DNA of 64,000 bases, taken from NCBI GenBank assembly GCA_000004985.1, contig GG738885.1; one strand, given 5' to 3'. Source of the stretch: Naegleria gruberi. Lineage: Eukaryota. This document shows positions 34,025-44,791 of the stretch, piece by piece (the first letter of the stretch is position 1; every line of letters begins with the position of its first letter). The position numbers and the translations under genes are program-made. The notes below the pieces were generated by a model, which was given only the letters and a program-made list of their open reading frames with translations, was not told where the DNA came from and did not search any database.

Positions 34025-36274
34025 ATGTTTTTGCAAAAGTCAAAAGTGAGCAGAGTTTTGGTTCACACCTCTGCTCGCCATCAGCAGCAATCTCATCATC
34101 AATTTAAGAAGAACAATGTTGTTGTTCATCATGGCACCAACGGAATGACTTCATCATTGACTAGACACAGATCCATCGCTTTGAATAATAGCAATTTTAT
34201 AGAAGCTTCATTATCCAGCTTGGTATCATCCAATAATAATAATAATAATCATAATGGATTGAATAGTCATGTAATTATTAGTAATGCTAAACAGAAGAGT
34301 TATTCTACTACCTCTTCTTCATCTTCTTCATCTTCTTCATCTCTTTCAGTTTCTAAACCATCAAATCAACAAACAATTTTAACCTTTATTGAAACAACAA
34401 AAAAGAAGAGAATTGAGACTGAAAAGAAGGAAATGGTTAAAGATATTCTTGATACCTTCTCCGATGACCCATTCACATCTAAATTCTTGACTAACATCAT
34501 TTCAAGCAAGGTTTTTGCATATTCTACACCAAAGAAATTGAAGGATACCTTTCAAGTTTTATTATTGAGAAAATCTAGAAAGACTATTCTGTCTAGTAAA
34601 TTTGATGAATTACCGGAAGAGAGACAATATTCATTAATGTGTAAAACATTGAGCGAAGACCTTCTTCCCTTCATTCAAGAATACATTAGTGAAGGAAAAT
34701 TCGATTTCTTGAAAAAGGATACTATTTTACAATCACTCTTCCTTCCAACAAGATCTATGAGATATATTTCTAGAGATGTTGCTTTATATCTTTTGGAGAA
34801 TAATACTTATATGAAATTGAATATCAAGAGAAGTATTGTTGAAGATGCAGTGCTTTCATATTATAGAGTTATGGAAGATTTATCAGGATTTACCAAGTTT
34901 GTTACTGAGAATCAACTCGACATGTCTGTTCTTCGTTATGGAATGTTCATAGAATTGATTAATAAGAATGGAGATTCTAATTCATTAACAACTGTTTTCG
35001 AGGAATTGTTGAATTATCTTTTACAGAGAGAAGAGTTAAATCTCACTCCTAAAGAATGGGATATTATTTCCAAGTCTTTTAGTTTAGCTATTAATCATTA
35101 CCAATTATTAGGAGAACTTGACAAGGCAGAGGAATTATTCAGTCTTTCCATTCACTCTCAAAATCTGTACTCTAAACCATCCAATTTTAAAACTGAAAAG
35201 GACATTTCAATTTTGAAATCACATATTTATAGCTCTTTGACTACATTCAATTCAATAATCAAGACCTACCTTAATGCTGGAATGGTAGAACAATCTTACA
35301 AGTTAGTGGAAGTTGCATTTGCAGAGTTAGCATATTTGGCAAACAAGAAAATTATTAATGCTCCTCTTGTAAAACAATCCAAGCAATTCATTTCTATCAT
35401 CAATCCATTGTTGAATGTACTTATTTCAAGGGGTAATTTGCAAGAAGCTGATAAGGTAGTAACATCGATATTTGACAAGTCATCATCTTTGCAAAAATCA
35501 TATAACCGTACTATGAACCAATTGTTTACTACTTCTGACTATTCAATTAATGCTGACCGTGTTACTTTCTTGATACTTATCAGAAGACATAGTATTGATG
35601 GAAATATTACAGAAATTGTAAATATTATGAGAAATATGCACGTTTTTGGCGTAAGTCCATCCAATGAAATTCTTCAGTCAGCCATTGTTAGTTTGGCCTT
35701 CAATGGTCAATCTGCTGGTGTTGAAGCACTATTACAATTCTTAGTTTCTGAATTTGATTACAAACTCACAGATTATGCTGCTTATGCCATAATGAAGTGT
35801 TATGTGCAAACAGGAAACATTCAAAAGGCTGAAAGAGTTTTAGAAGAATATTCTGGAATTGGCAAACCAATTATTGGCATGTATAATGTTGTCATTGGTT
35901 CTAATCTGACTCAACTCCATAACTATGAAGCAGCTTGTCAATATTTCTTCAATGCTGTACAGCAATCCGGATTGGCTTTCGCTGTTAACCAACATACCTT
36001 TACCCCATTCATTAACTTTTTCACAATTGCTGCCGATGAAACAGCTTTAAAGTGTATCAACACTCTTCAGACGCTTGCTAATCAAAATCCAAAGGAAACA
36101 GCATTCTTAAAATACTCTCAAATACTGAAAACTATTTATGAAGATATTTCAAAGGGAAGAAAGGGTGAAAATAATGGAGCATCAGTGGAATCTGTTGTTG
36201 AACAAGCAGTTCAAAAGACAAAGTCATTACTCTCTCAAGCTAAGAGTGAAATACATAAGGAAATGCGTAAATAA
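34025..36274 (+). CDS. Pentatricopeptide-repeat (PPR)-like protein, probably organellar
   Basis: The N-terminal region is basic and S/N-rich, with a polySer tract. The C-terminal half has degenerate ~35-aa helical repeats with PPR-like spacing (TFNSIIKTYLNAGMVEQSYKL, AYAIMKCYVQTGNIQKAERVL, MYNVVIGSNLTQLHNYEAACQ). Confidence 0.45.
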   Translation: MFLQKSKVSRVLVHTSARHQQQSHHQFKKNNVVVHHGTNGMTSSLTRHRSIALNNSNFIEASLSSLVSSNNNNNNHNGLNSHVIISNAKQKSYSTTSSSSSSSSSSLSVSKPSNQQTILTFIETTKKKRIETEKKEMVKDILDTFSDDPFTSKFLTNIISSKVFAYSTPKKLKDTFQVLLLRKSRKTILSSKFDELPEERQYSLMCKTLSEDLLPFIQEYISEGKFDFLKKDTILQSLFLPTRSMRYISRDVALYLLENNTYMKLNIKRSIVEDAVLSYYRVMEDLSGFTKFVTENQLDMSVLRYGMFIELINKNGDSNSLTTVFEELLNYLLQREELNLTPKEWDIISKSFSLAINHYQLLGELDKAEELFSLSIHSQNLYSKPSNFKTEKDISILKSHIYSSLTTFNSIIKTYLNAGMVEQSYKLVEVAFAELAYLANKKIINAPLVKQSKQFISIINPLLNVLISRGNLQEADKVVTSIFDKSSSLQKSYNRTMNQLFTTSDYSINADRVTFLILIRRHSIDGNITEIVNIMRNMHVFGVSPSNEILQSAIVSLAFNGQSAGVEALLQFLVSEFDYKLTDYAAYAIMKCYVQTGNIQKAERVLEEYSGIGKPIIGMYNVVIGSNLTQLHNYEAACQYFFNAVQQSGLAFAVNQHTFTPFINFFTIAADETALKCINTLQTLANQNPKETAFLKYSQILKTIYEDISKGRKGENNGASVESVVEQAVQKTKSLLSQAKSEIHKEMRK

Positions 36275-36294
36275 TAAATTTAAGGGAATTTAAA

Positions 36295-37609
36295 TCAAAA
36301 TTTTATGTCATAGGATCTTTTCTGTTGTGGAACCTCTTGAAAAGAGAGTTTTGGAGAAGGTACAGTGATAGATCTAGTTTCTAAACACTCTCCTTCCTGT
36401 TCGACATATTGAATAAAATGCTCACAAATAGATTTCAAGCCAGTGGAAATATTTGAAAATCTGCAAAATGTAAATAAATCTCTCACGGTTTGATTTCCAT
36501 TCATTTCAAAATAGTTTCTAAATCTACTGTCTAGCTCAACAAGATTTGCAAAATTGTCACTTTCTGAAATACCCACAACAATTACACTCATAGGAATACT
36601 TGAGCATTGTTGTAGCTCTTTGATTGTGGAGTTAATATCATTGATATCAGTATGGGTAAGTACAAGCACTGTGGTATAGCATTTCTCTGAAATACTTTGT
36701 TTCTTGATGATACTTCTGGCGTTGTGTACAATAGGTGCCAACAAATTTACCTGCCCGTTTGGAACAATATCACCTCTTTCTATATTATCCATTAAAATCA
36801 TTTGTTTTGCTATCAAATTTTGGTCTTGTAGGTTTGATCCACCAACCACCTCAAAACAACTTTGATTCACTCTTGATTTGTCCATTCTTAGTTTTCCTCT
36901 ATGATAGAAGAGCTTGTGTTCTCTTTTTGATCTGAAATTCTCCATCATACTACCAAACATGTGGATAGATTGTGAGTATCTTGAAGAAAATGATTCCAAA
37001 TTATTTTTCTCAAAATTCACATCAATATTTACAATTAAATCCAAAGAATATCCACTCTTCAAGTATTGATAAATGTTTGGTCTTGATTCAATGGAGAACA
37101 CATCCAGTTTTACAATTCCACTATTCACATAGTTTGGATTTTGGTTGTACCTTTCATTAACAAGTGAAAATTCTCTACCTTGTGAAATCTATAATTACGT
37201 ATCAATACAATAATTATTCTCAATAACAAACTAACCTTCAATTCGTTAAATGTCGTCTCAAAAACTCCAATAAATGAGTGTTTTCTCTTATCGCTACAAT
37301 GAATGTCAATTTTGTTTCTATTATTGAATATATTACTTACATATTCCAATCAAATACTTCAATCTTTAGGGGTGTATCAAAATTTGTGTTAGAAATGTCA
37401 AATGAAGCAATTTTTCTTTGTTTCCATGTTGGATTTTTGGTATGTTTATACTCTGTCACAATTACCTTCTCATAGAATCCCTCAACATCTTGCTTACTTA
37501 TCACCAAGTAAGGATCACTGGTATCTTGAATGTATCCCTTTCCATCCAAATTACGAGCAGAAAATTGCAAAGTAACTAGATTATTGTATAGGGAGCTCTC
37601 TTCTGCCAT
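36295..37609 (-). CDS. Copine-like protein (C2 domain(s) plus vWA-like domain), at least three exons
   Basis: Exon 1 (ATG at 37609) ends at 37341 and encodes C2 strands (SDPYLVISKQ..., KIEVFDWN). A 47-nt intron (37294..37340) follows. Exon 2 (37293..37236) encodes IDKRKHSFIGVFETTFNELK, the canonical C2 FDWD..KHDFIGEF block. An approximately 47-nt intron leads to exon 3, which ends at the 36295 stop. Its vWA-like region includes QVNLLAPIV, VLVLTHTDINDINST and IPMSVIVVGISESDNFANLVELD. Confidence 0.65.
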
Positions 37610-37718
37610 TATATTAATAGATCCAATTGTATTGATTCTATTCTCGTCATAGACATTCTTCCTTAATAGTGCTGATGATGTAGTAATCAAATCATTTGAG
37701 AATAAAAACTATGTTGTG

Positions 37719-38666
37719 TTAACTAATTTTGTTTGAAAAATCATTAATACTTACACATTCACCAATTATTTCATTATTCTCATTACTAATTGAAATACAC
37801 AATTTTTGTAAGTGATGAAATTTGTAATGATAGATTAGTGGCTTCTCCATTTTGAATAATTCAGAACATTTGATAAGGCTTGTCTCTGAAACCACTGGCC
37901 ACTGTTTACAATCACTCACATATACATTTTCCACTTTCAACTTGACTTTTAACACGTCTGCATTACATTGACTCAAATTAACATTTGCAAAAACCTCTAA
38001 AATCGTCTCTGAGGCACATTTTGAATCGGGTTTAGTTTTTTGAGGAGGTCCCAAGACATCCATCATTGAAGATCTTCCACTTGGTGAGGCAGGAAATACA
38101 GAAGGAATACTATTCGAATATCGATTCAATTCACTTTCTAATGATGGAGAGGGCGACTCGGCAATCGGTTTTAATGAATGATTGTTGCTATTATTAACTA
38201 TTATTGGCTTAAAGTGAGTCGTTGAAGTAGTGGGAATATGTTGTTGTGAAGGTATTTGATAATTACTTCCAGAATCTGATGAAAGGCTACCACCATGTAT
38301 ATTGATCGGAGAAGATGAATGAGATGGATTGTGAATAGATTCTCCATTCCGATTTCCAATTAGTGTTGTTGGAAGCCAATGCTGTGCCGACGATGTAAAA
38401 GTATTATTATTTGTATTTGCATTTGCATTGTTGATATTGTTGTGATTTACTTGTTGATTATGATCAAAGAATAGTGCTTGTTGATGTTGATGAGCATAGA
38501 ATCGATTCATATCTGGACTTTCCAAGGTTCCGAATGATAAATTATTTGCAAGGCTCGGAGTAACATTTAATGTTGTTGTTTGATATTGTTGTAATTGATG
38601 TTGCTGATGCTGCTGATGAGGAGAATTGAACATTTGATCATTGACTCCAGTAGTTGAAAGAATCAT
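37719..38666 (-). CDS. Q/N/H-rich low-complexity hypothetical protein
   Basis: The ORF is intact, with polyQ/H and polyN tracts. It lies immediately upstream of the copine-like gene on the same strand, in a different frame. No donor joins the two. Confidence 0.35.
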   Translation of the reverse strand: MILSTTGVNDQMFNSPHQQHQQHQLQQYQTTTLNVTPSLANNLSFGTLESPDMNRFYAHQHQQALFFDHNQQVNHNNINNANANTNNNTFTSSAQHWLPTTLIGNRNGESIHNPSHSSSPINIHGGSLSSDSGSNYQIPSQQHIPTTSTTHFKPIIVNNSNNHSLKPIAESPSPSLESELNRYSNSIPSVFPASPSGRSSMMDVLGPPQKTKPDSKCASETILEVFANVNLSQCNADVLKVKLKVENVYVSDCKQWPVVSETSLIKCSELFKMEKPLIYHYKFHHLQKLCISISNENNEIIGECVSINDFSNKIS

Positions 38667-38865
38667 AATATTAATAATATTATTTACGGAATCTATTTGA
38701 TAACAGACAGTGTAAATATCCTGTTGGTTGTAATTTATGGATCAAACCTTCCTTTCTGTTTTGTTTGCTTTTTTTCTTGGAATTTGAATTGGAAGGTAAA
38801 TGGTTTGTTGGTTATTATGAATTCTAAAAGGACTCTTGATTCCAATTCGGAACACAGGTTGCAGT

Positions 38866-40419
38866 TTATTGAGTTAAATCCATGAAATAAATCATTTCCT
38901 TGACTGAGGAAAAACGTTTGCTATTCAAAAGAATGTCTCTATGTTTGAAATGAATGTTGAAAGCGTTGGAATGTGTGGTAATGTGGTAGATGGTTTCGTC
39001 TGGATACCTAAAGAAGGATGGAGAAATATTGAGGGTGGAAAAGAGTTCTGAACTTTCTTGGAGTGTATTTTCAAACCTTAAACACAGTAATTTATGTCTG
39101 AGATATTTGAGGACATTCTCAAAATGTACAAAAGCTTTCCTATAATATTGAGATATTCGATTAAATGGGCAATTATCAAAAAAAAACACTTACTCTAATG
39201 TTAAGGTATTGTCTCTGACCATATCATGAACTTGAAGAAGACAATCCTGAAGTAAAACATCAATTGATTCACTGTTCAATAGAGTGGCGGCTGCTTCTGG
39301 AGCATTGAGCAACTTGGTTTGAGTCTCCCAAAATGGCTTTAAGGTGTAAGATGAAAATTATAATAGAAATACATACTGAAGATGATGATTCTGTAAGTGT
39401 CACTACTAAAATTACATTTTGATTAATTTGAATTTTGATTTCCAAGTCTGTTAGTTCTACAACAGTAAATTCTGTGTTGGTTGGTCTTGACACGCAAGCA
39501 ACAAGCTATTGAACTGTTAGAAAATGGTCACATCAAAAATTACACATACCGTATCAAATAATTCCAAATAAAAAACAGATTGCTGAGCTTTTTCTAAAAT
39601 GTCATCAACATTCTTGAGTGTATCTGGGTAGTGTTTTGAAATGACAGAGGTAAGCATTGATCGTCTTCCGTAGGTTGCTATGGCTGGAATAATTAAATCG
39701 ATTTTCTTAGCTTCCCTCTTTCTGATAATTTTTACAAGGATAGTTTCATACAGTTTCATAGAAGGGAAATTATAAGCAAGATCCACAAAAAAGTTATTAT
39801 TTCCAAATTGTTTCACTTTCCACTTTTTTTGTAATTTGAAAATAGTTTGATAAAAGTCACTGGTTCTTTCCGATCTTTTTCTCAATTGTTCACTTCCACT
39901 CTTTAAAATTCCATGAGTGTAGATAAGTTGTTCAATTCTACTTGGGAAAAGTTCTCCAGCTTTTTCTTTAGTCCTCAAGTCTTCATTAAAAGTTCTGTGA
40001 GCATTCACAGTTTCTATTAATTGATCATCCGATGTCTCCTTCATCATTTTGGAAACGTCGTGAATAAATTGTACTTCATAGATTGCTTGTCTTAACTTGT
40101 TTACAGTCTTTTCCCATTCTGGTTCTGGGACTTTTCTTATTGTTGGTGGAGGAAGTTGTTGTGAGTCATCAAATCTAATTGATTCCAATTGTCTTTGATA
40201 ATAGGTAGGAGTAAAATCGAATTTGTTTTGTATAATTCTGGCAAAATTCTCTTCAGCACCTAGATTTGGTACAATAGTTTCCTTGCCATCAGTATCATAA
40301 AATTGTATCCTAAATTCTTCGTATGGATCCAGGTTGAGAAGTATTTGTTCTCTCTGTGATGAAGATGATCCACCATTCTCGTTTTCATGTATTGTTCCTC
40401 CATTTGTATTTTCAGTCAT
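38866..40419 (-). CDS. Mediator subunit MED17-like protein (multi-exon)
   Basis: The ATG is at 40419. Exon 1 (to about 39517) contains NKLRQAIYEVQFIHDVSKMM and LQKKWKVKQFGNNNFFVDLAY. These parallel human MED17 [20 protein letters not shown] and [20 protein letters not shown]. Two further minus-strand exons (39269..39493, 38866..39189) probably complete the gene. Confidence 0.45.
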
Positions 40420-41774
40420 TTTTTTGTGTTGAATTTAAAAAATTGTTTTTATTCATCGGAATTGTTTTGTCTTGTTTACTTGCCAAGCCAATTTACCACA
40501 CAAAACCTATTCATAAGAAACTTGATAAAACACGAATTGTTGTTGAATTTCGTATGTCTTACCAATGTTGTATGTTTAAACAATAATGCCATGGTTGATG
40601 ATTCAAACAAATCAATTAAAAATATGATGATGGTTATTCTCCTTTGAATGCACTTGATGGGAAACATTTACTGCTTGCTATTGATACCTTTAAAACAAGC
40701 ATCCAAACAAGCAACAACTACCTCACTAATGAATGGCAAAATAATCAACAGAAGTGTTTCGGAGTTGATAGCTATTTGGTTAATTGAAAATTGTGTCAAT
40801 ACTATTAATTAGAAAATTGAGGAAACCAATATGAAACAGAGCCAACCAATCTATGAAATTATTATTAGGCATGGAATAATGCAAAATCAAAACTATTGGA
40901 AAGATATGATATTTCATCATTTCTCTCTTCTGAAATCAAAAATAAGATATTACAACTTGTGATTACAAGAAAGTTAGTAACAAAAAGTGACAAAGTGGAG
41001 AATGATTTAACTTGGTCAGACTTGGAGAACAGAGGATTGGTAATGTTAGAGCAATTTAATACAATCAAAGAAAACTCTTCACAAGAAGAGAATGCTCAAG
41101 TTCAGGTTACATATCCTATCATTCTTTCATCATTATTACCTACTAATTTAAGAGATATTTACAACAAATTATTCAATACCAACCTCTCTGAACTATAGAA
41201 GGCCATCTTCTTGGGAGGATGTAGTTTTTGAATATTATTATTTGACCCTGGTATTATCGAAAGAACAAAAATCATTAACATTGAAAGAATTATTTCCATT
41301 TTCAAAATGAATCCAACACATCAGATTTAATAAGACTTATTCGAAACATGAAGTTAATTTCATCATGATGATTTGGATTTCCAATAGTTGTAGCATTCTC
41401 CTCATTATGACGATGAGAACAACATCAAGACCTCCTATTTCCAAAGCTCTCTTCAGTTGCTCCCAATTGACTTGGTGTGAATAATTTGGTGGTGTTTGAA
41501 TGTTGTTTAACCCACCTGCCTACAGAATAATCAATGAAGTAAAATTAAAAGGCTGATGATGAATATGATTACATGATGAACTCATTACGGAATCGTTATT
41601 GTTGATCCAACTGGCTCTCTAACATTAAATATGTTTGGATTTGTGGATGTTGGTTGTGTTTTGATGTTTCTTGCAATCTTCTCCTTTCGTTTGGAATGTT
41701 GAGGCATTTTGCTCTCATTCTCTCCATACTAAGAGTCTGCACAATCAACAAGCCTTGTTCTCCTTTACAAAAAA

Positions 41775-43442
41775 ATGTCTTCCAAGCCTAATAGTAGTAG
41801 TGGTATCAAAAGTGACAAGATAGCAATATATCAAGCATGTTTCATTTCCCCCGAGTATGAAGAAAAACTATTGGAAGTGGATGCAATCTTGGAGGCTAGA
41901 AAGAAAGACAAATCTATTTCTATTGATGACTTTCTGAATCAATCACGTGATAGAAAAAGCAAGAAGAAAAAGAAGAGTGAAGATAGCCTTCTAATGGATA
42001 CTGAGGATCTAAGAAAGTTATTTGATGTAATCAAGAAGAAGGCTGACATTGGAAACGAGGATAACTCGTTCACTAGTAAAGGAAAAAGGGAAAAGGAAGA
42101 AATCATTATCAACCTATTAGCTGGTAATGAAAAGGCTTTGAATGTGTTTCGTGACATCCTCTCGGAATGCAAAAAGAATATAGTTGCTCACAACAATAGA
42201 TTTGTCAAAATTGAGCCAATTTGGCAGGTTGGTGTTGCTGTAGTTTTGACAAGCAAATTCAAAGATGACTATATCAATATTGGATTTGGTAATTTGAAAT
42301 CTGTACCAGTTGAGGGAAGTGAAATAGTCCAAGTAGAAATTAGACAAATTCTTGAACATGCTGAACAATTTGTAAATGGTGTTGAAATAGTTACGGGAAG
42401 TATTATTGATTATCCCTACTCTCTGCTCTCTAAATACATGACGGAACAGGATAATCGATTGTTGAGCAATCCTCCTCCATCCAGAAGAAATATACTGCCT
42501 GTTAATAATCTATTAATATTTGATAGCAGATCTACTCGAATGGATATTGGTGGTGAAGAAAGTGTAATGAATGTTGATCGTATGCATGTAGATCAACCTA
42601 TTATAAGTGATCTGGATAGAATAACAAGTAATAATTCCGATAGTGGTAGTAGTAATATCAATCAAATTGCAAATAATCCTATTCCAAATACTATTCAAAA
42701 TAATCATACTAGTAATCATAGTCTTGTTCCTACTAATCCAATCCATATTAATAGTAATCCTATTCTTACAAATAGTTCAATTAATAATCAAGTTGTCACT
42801 AATCTACACAACTCTTCAAATAATAACAAATTGAGTTTCATTTCAAATCATAATAATACTACTCTAATTGCTATGAATAGTAATGACAATATTCCAGCAT
42901 CTGCATTACTCCACAATTATGAGTACATGTTCGGAAATGATGGTATAAGCAACCCAAACACCAACAAGCCATTTCTAGTAGTTAGTACAAAAGATATGAT
43001 AAAGCTCTTAGACAGCTACAGTCAATTGATAGCACATTATGATATTATGAAAATGCAAATTGACAGTGACTCTCAATTAATCAATAGTTTCAAGATATTG
43101 GCCAGTGGTAGAAAAATAATTGATACTTCTGTTGTTGCAGTACAAACAGTTATCATCCTTTTTGGACAAAAAGAGAAGGTTATTACTAAGACTGAATTGG
43201 CTAATTTCAAAAAAATCGTTCATATTAATCATGCTCTGGACAAGATAGTCGAGTGGTTTGACCTTGAAGAAAGTAATTTAAGCAATCATGAACAACAGTT
43301 AAAAACATTTCTAAGTCAATACCATAAAGGTCTTGAATTGAATGAAAGTTCTTTGAGAAATAGAAATTCAAAGAAACCCCCTAAAAAGAAGAGAAAACAG
43401 GTACAAGACAGTAGTGGTGCAAGTAGTAGCAATGATCAATGA
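41775..43442 (+). CDS. Hypothetical nuclear protein, N-rich with a basic C-terminus
   Basis: The 555-aa ORF starts on an ATG after an A-run. It has KKKKK tracts and a C-terminal KKPPKKKRKQ NLS-like motif. No family was recognised. Confidence 0.5.
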   Translation: MSSKPNSSSGIKSDKIAIYQACFISPEYEEKLLEVDAILEARKKDKSISIDDFLNQSRDRKSKKKKKSEDSLLMDTEDLRKLFDVIKKKADIGNEDNSFTSKGKREKEEIIINLLAGNEKALNVFRDILSECKKNIVAHNNRFVKIEPIWQVGVAVVLTSKFKDDYINIGFGNLKSVPVEGSEIVQVEIRQILEHAEQFVNGVEIVTGSIIDYPYSLLSKYMTEQDNRLLSNPPPSRRNILPVNNLLIFDSRSTRMDIGGEESVMNVDRMHVDQPIISDLDRITSNNSDSGSSNINQIANNPIPNTIQNNHTSNHSLVPTNPIHINSNPILTNSSINNQVVTNLHNSSNNNKLSFISNHNNTTLIAMNSNDNIPASALLHNYEYMFGNDGISNPNTNKPFLVVSTKDMIKLLDSYSQLIAHYDIMKMQIDSDSQLINSFKILASGRKIIDTSVVAVQTVIILFGQKEKVITKTELANFKKIVHINHALDKIVEWFDLEESNLSNHEQQLKTFLSQYHKGLELNESSLRNRNSKKPPKKKRKQVQDSSGASSSNDQ

Positions 43443-44126
43443 TAGGTCAGTCGGAAGGACTTTACTTTGCAGTGTGGAAGTAGCAGTTAATTATTAGAAG
43501 CATTTGATGATGGCGATTATGGAATTGAGTTGTTGATTTTTTTTGTAATTATGCATGGTTTATTCAGCGTCTCCATATTGCTTGTCAGAATGAATAATAA
43601 TTGTGCTTACTCTCCACACAATTTGTACAATAACAACAATAAACATTCAATCCAAACAAATATAATTATTTCTCTCGAATCACATTTCCCGATTTGGGCC
43701 AAGAAGTTTTTCATATGTAAAAAAAGTTGGTAAAAATCCCAATTTTCTCAATCAAAACCACCTTCTTACTACCCTCAGTAGGTGTTTAGTAACAAAAGTA
43801 ATTATTCCCTTGTTCCGAAAATTCCATGATGATATCCACCAATACTAATTATCGAAGGAATTGTATCATGTATTATCGATGTTTGGTATGCTAGAAAAAA
43901 TATTTGTACTATTGCTCATCTAAATATTCACCACAGAAGTTCTATTAATCGAGGTAATACTATCTTTAATGTCCTTCAATTTACCATTATTATTGCTTGA
44001 TGATGAAAGCATGAAAATTGGTATTATTAAAAATCATGCCTCATTTTTTTTCATTGTAAATTACCAGTAGGTTAGACAACCTAGAATTTTGAAAAAGTTT
44101 GTTGAAAAAAAAATCCATAAATCTCA

Positions 44127-44134
44127 CGCCAAAA
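44127..44134 (+). promoter_or_regulatory. CGCCAAAA element abutting the RPL14 start codon
   Basis: The site ctcacgccaaaaATG belongs to the same motif family found upstream of several genes in this window. Confidence 0.2.
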
Positions 44135-44596
44135 ATGCCATCAAAGTTATTCAGTCAACTCTTGGTTCAAATCGGTAGACCAGTCGTCTTCTCATCTGGT
44201 GCCAACAAGGGAAAGTTAGCCGTTATTGTTGATATTCTCGATGCCAACAGAGTTTTGGTTGAAGGTGAACAAATCCCAAGACATATTGCTTGTACTGGTG
44301 ATATTCAATTGGTTAACGCCCTCGCTGCTGTTACCTCTGCTTCCACCACTGAAGAAGTCGTCAAGGCTGCCCAATCATCTGAAGTCCAATCTGCTTATTT
44401 GGCCAGTCCACTTGTTAAGTTGCACTTGAAGAGAGTTAAGAGACAAAACTTGACTGATTTCGATAGAGTCAAGGTTCAAATCTTGAAGAAGAAGAAGAAC
44501 GCTCTCATCAGAGAAAAGCTCTCTGCTTTGGTCCAAAAGAACGGAAGTGAAGTTGTGAAGAAGCTCGCTGCTAAGAACGCTCCATTGAAGCAATAA
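44135..44596 (+). CDS. RPL14: 60S ribosomal protein L14e
   Basis: MPSKLFSQLLVQIGRPVVFSSGANKGKLAVIVDILDANRVLVEG matches the eL14 N-terminal KOW-like region. The C-terminus is Lys/Ala-rich. Codon usage is biased toward C-ending codons, typical of a highly expressed gene. Confidence 0.9.
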   Translation: MPSKLFSQLLVQIGRPVVFSSGANKGKLAVIVDILDANRVLVEGEQIPRHIACTGDIQLVNALAAVTSASTTEEVVKAAQSSEVQSAYLASPLVKLHLKRVKRQNLTDFDRVKVQILKKKKNALIREKLSALVQKNGSEVVKKLAAKNAPLKQ

Positions 44597-44791
44597 ATTT
44601 TATAAAACAATAATTAAAATTCACAAATCTGTTCTTTCTTTTCCGATCATCATTAAACTAATAATAAAATCTAGGATATTGTTGATTTGCAGGATTTTGT
44701 TGAATTAAAGTGAAAATAGATTTTTATCTCCTGAAACTATTTCAAACTAATTAAGGCTGCAAGGTATTGCATTCTAAAAACTTCACATAAT

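Noticed and set aside
37294-37340. Alternative 23-nt intron (acceptor AATAATAG) in the copine-like gene
   Set aside because: It is also in frame but would insert NKIDIHCS into the C2 core. The 47-nt intron to CATTGTAG gives the canonical FDWN-IDKRKHSFIGVFETT block and matches the intron size class of this genome.
40896-41198. 100-aa ORF (MERYDISSF...) in the MED17/hypothetical divergent intergenic region
   Set aside because: It starts on TTG and the first in-frame ATG is at residue 50. It has no recognisable domain. It is left uncalled, though it could be an exon of an unresolved gene.
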